A stretch of DNA of 64,000 nucleotides from Octopus sinensis. Lineage: Eukaryota. Below the pieces are notes generated by a model, which was given only the letters and a program-made list of their open reading frames with translations, made no database searches and was not told the DNA's origin. Below are positions 62,173-64,000 of the stretch, in pieces (the first letter of the stretch is position 1; every line of letters begins with the position of its first letter). The stretch is taken from positions 191,332,001 through 191,396,000 of the forward strand of contig NC_042997.1 in assembly GCF_006345805.1 (NCBI RefSeq), read 5' to 3'. The translations under genes were made by a program, and so were the position numbers.

Positions 62173-62340
62173 GAAACATGATAATAATGGTCATTTACAA
62201 TTATTGTGCAATAACAAGATAGGGAGACACATACAGAGGGGAGAGAAAATTATGTGGTGTACATGATAATTTCTTGGAGACATTAATGTTACAAGGAAGT
62301 GGATATGACTGGGAATCAAAACGATGTGATAAGATTTGGG

Positions 62341-63086
62341 GGATCTTTTCCTTTTGAACGGCAGTCTTCAACAAAATTTCTTGTTAACTAGACACTTTTA
62401 AACTTCGTATACCGGTAGAATGTGTCAAAATAAATCATTTTTTTCTCTTGGCTTTCTTGAGAAAATTGTAATTTGTAAGTTTAACGTAGTTTAATTTTTC
62501 GAATTTTAACCAATCAATCGCCTCTAATTGAGCTAAAATCATTTGCTGCGTCTAAAACTGAGACAACATCCTGTCACTGTTATGTTTACGTACGGAATGT
62601 TTACATACGGAAAGTGTGTGTATAAAATTATAGAATTATTTTGTTTGTTAATTGTTTAAATTATTTTCCATTGCTTTCGTTTTAGCCTTTGGTTTTTTTT
62701 TTTCTTAAGCAATGGAAAATAGTTTAAACAATACACGTGTATCTCAAAACAAAAACAAAACGAATAATTTTAGATACACGCGTAACAATTAAATTAATTT
62801 AACAATTAAGTAAAAAAAACGAAAGGCTAAAATTTAGGGTTAGGGTTAGTGACAGGATGTTGTCTCAGTTTTAGATGCAGCAAATGATTTTAGCTCAATT
62901 AGAGGCGATTGATTGGTTAAAATTCGAAAAATTAAACTACGTTAAACTTACAAATTACAATTTTCTCAAGAAAGCCAAGAGAAAAAAAATGTTTTATTTT
63001 GACACATTCTACCAATATACGAAGTTTAAAAGTGTTTAGTTAACTAGAAATTGTGTTGAAAACTGCTGTTCAAAAGGAAAAGATCC
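62341..63086. mobile_element. Second copy of the long-TIR element (~240-bp near-perfect TIRs)
   Basis: Same termini as 57426-58057; flanks gatttggg / gatttggt (7 of 8 match). Confidence 0.85.
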
Positions 63087-63919
63087 GATTTGGTTTGTTG
63101 GAAATTTGTCTATCAAATGCTATGACAAATAGAGAAGTGGACTGTTGTTCTTTAGCCCACACACACTAGCTGTGTGTAGAGAACCCCTTGGTCAAAGGTG
63201 TTCCAGTAATGACCAAGTGTTTTATTTCTATTTTTCAGGCATGACTTATCTAAGATTAAATTATCCAATATGTCCTTTCATTGTTTTTTAGTACAGTAGG
63301 TTGTGATTTGAAGGAGATTTGGTTGCTTTTTCAAGCAGTCTGGGTGGCAACCATGTCGAAAATCTGTCATTTGATTATGAAGTAGCTTTTTGTTTCCTCT
63401 GTGTGTTTTTATTTTTTATTTTCTTGTTTATTGTTTTGTTGTTATGCTTTGAAATACTACAAAGTACTTCATGTTTACACAAACCTTTTGTTGTGATCAT
63501 TCAAGTGATTTTCAATGTCTACTTGAATGTATATAAAAAAAAAAAAATAAATATACTAGTTCAGATTCGAGAAACCGCATGCTTGAACTTGTGGAGGACA
63601 AGTGGAGCATTTAATAATCTTTGAACTTTTATATGTGCCTGATAAAACTTATCTGTGTCCCCTAAGTAAGGAAATGTTTAACCCTTTTTGTTACCATATT
63701 TCTGTTGAAAATCACTCAACATGCAGTTTTGATGGAAGGTTTTTTAATTCGGATAACTTTAAAATGGGAAGTTTGTATTATAGAACTATGGGCAGCCCCA
63801 AGCAGGTTGATATCTCAAAGGTTAAACAATTACTATCCTTTTAAAGGTTGCTCCACTTATGGGACACCACATCTATGGAACAGCGTAAAAATTAGTGAAA
63901 TGATCCTGTTATATATGAT

Positions 63920-64000
63920 ACTAGCACTATGACCTGGCAACGCCGGGTCATAGTGCTAGTGCATATACAGCTGCGTGCGTGCGCACATACACGCGAGTAC
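63920..64000 (-). mobile_element. 3' end of a Helitron-like element, running off the window
   Basis: actagcactatgacctgg-caacg-ccgggtcatagtgctagt, 18-bp palindrome. Confidence 0.7.

Overview
AT-rich, repeat-saturated metazoan DNA. The SINE/LINE repertoire and microsatellite load suggest an octopod (Octopus-like) genome; this is inferred from repeat style, not from a database search. No long intact CDS is present, and almost all ORFs in the track are microsatellite translations or antisense readings of repeats. The window holds many tRNA-headed SINEs, 5'-truncated RTE LINE 3' ends with (GAT)n tails, CR1-type 3' ends, a Ty3/gypsy pol relic, an L1/Tx1 3' end, mariner and maT relics, non-autonomous Helitrons and several MITEs or foldback elements with clear target-site duplications (TSDs). 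Two things stand out. (1) At least five different short non-coding elements, most beside (TA)n tracts, carry type-I hammerhead-ribozyme (HHR) motifs with palindromic helix III. Three are outward-facing inverted pairs (7.4-7.8 kb, 13.0-13.4 kb and a ~97% perfect 490-bp palindrome at 18.9-19.4 kb), resembling Penelope pLTRs or retrozymes. (2) A chain of small plus-strand exons (12.7, 17.7, 33.8, 34.8, 42.7 kb) splices in frame to an unrecognised 66-aa ORF ending just before an AATAAA. Other features are a diverged ~870-bp tandem array (14.2-16.6 kb), an apparently identical 1015-bp tandem duplication (50.7-52.7 kb) and promoter-like motif clusters. All ribozyme and exon calls were made by eye and need computational or experimental confirmation.
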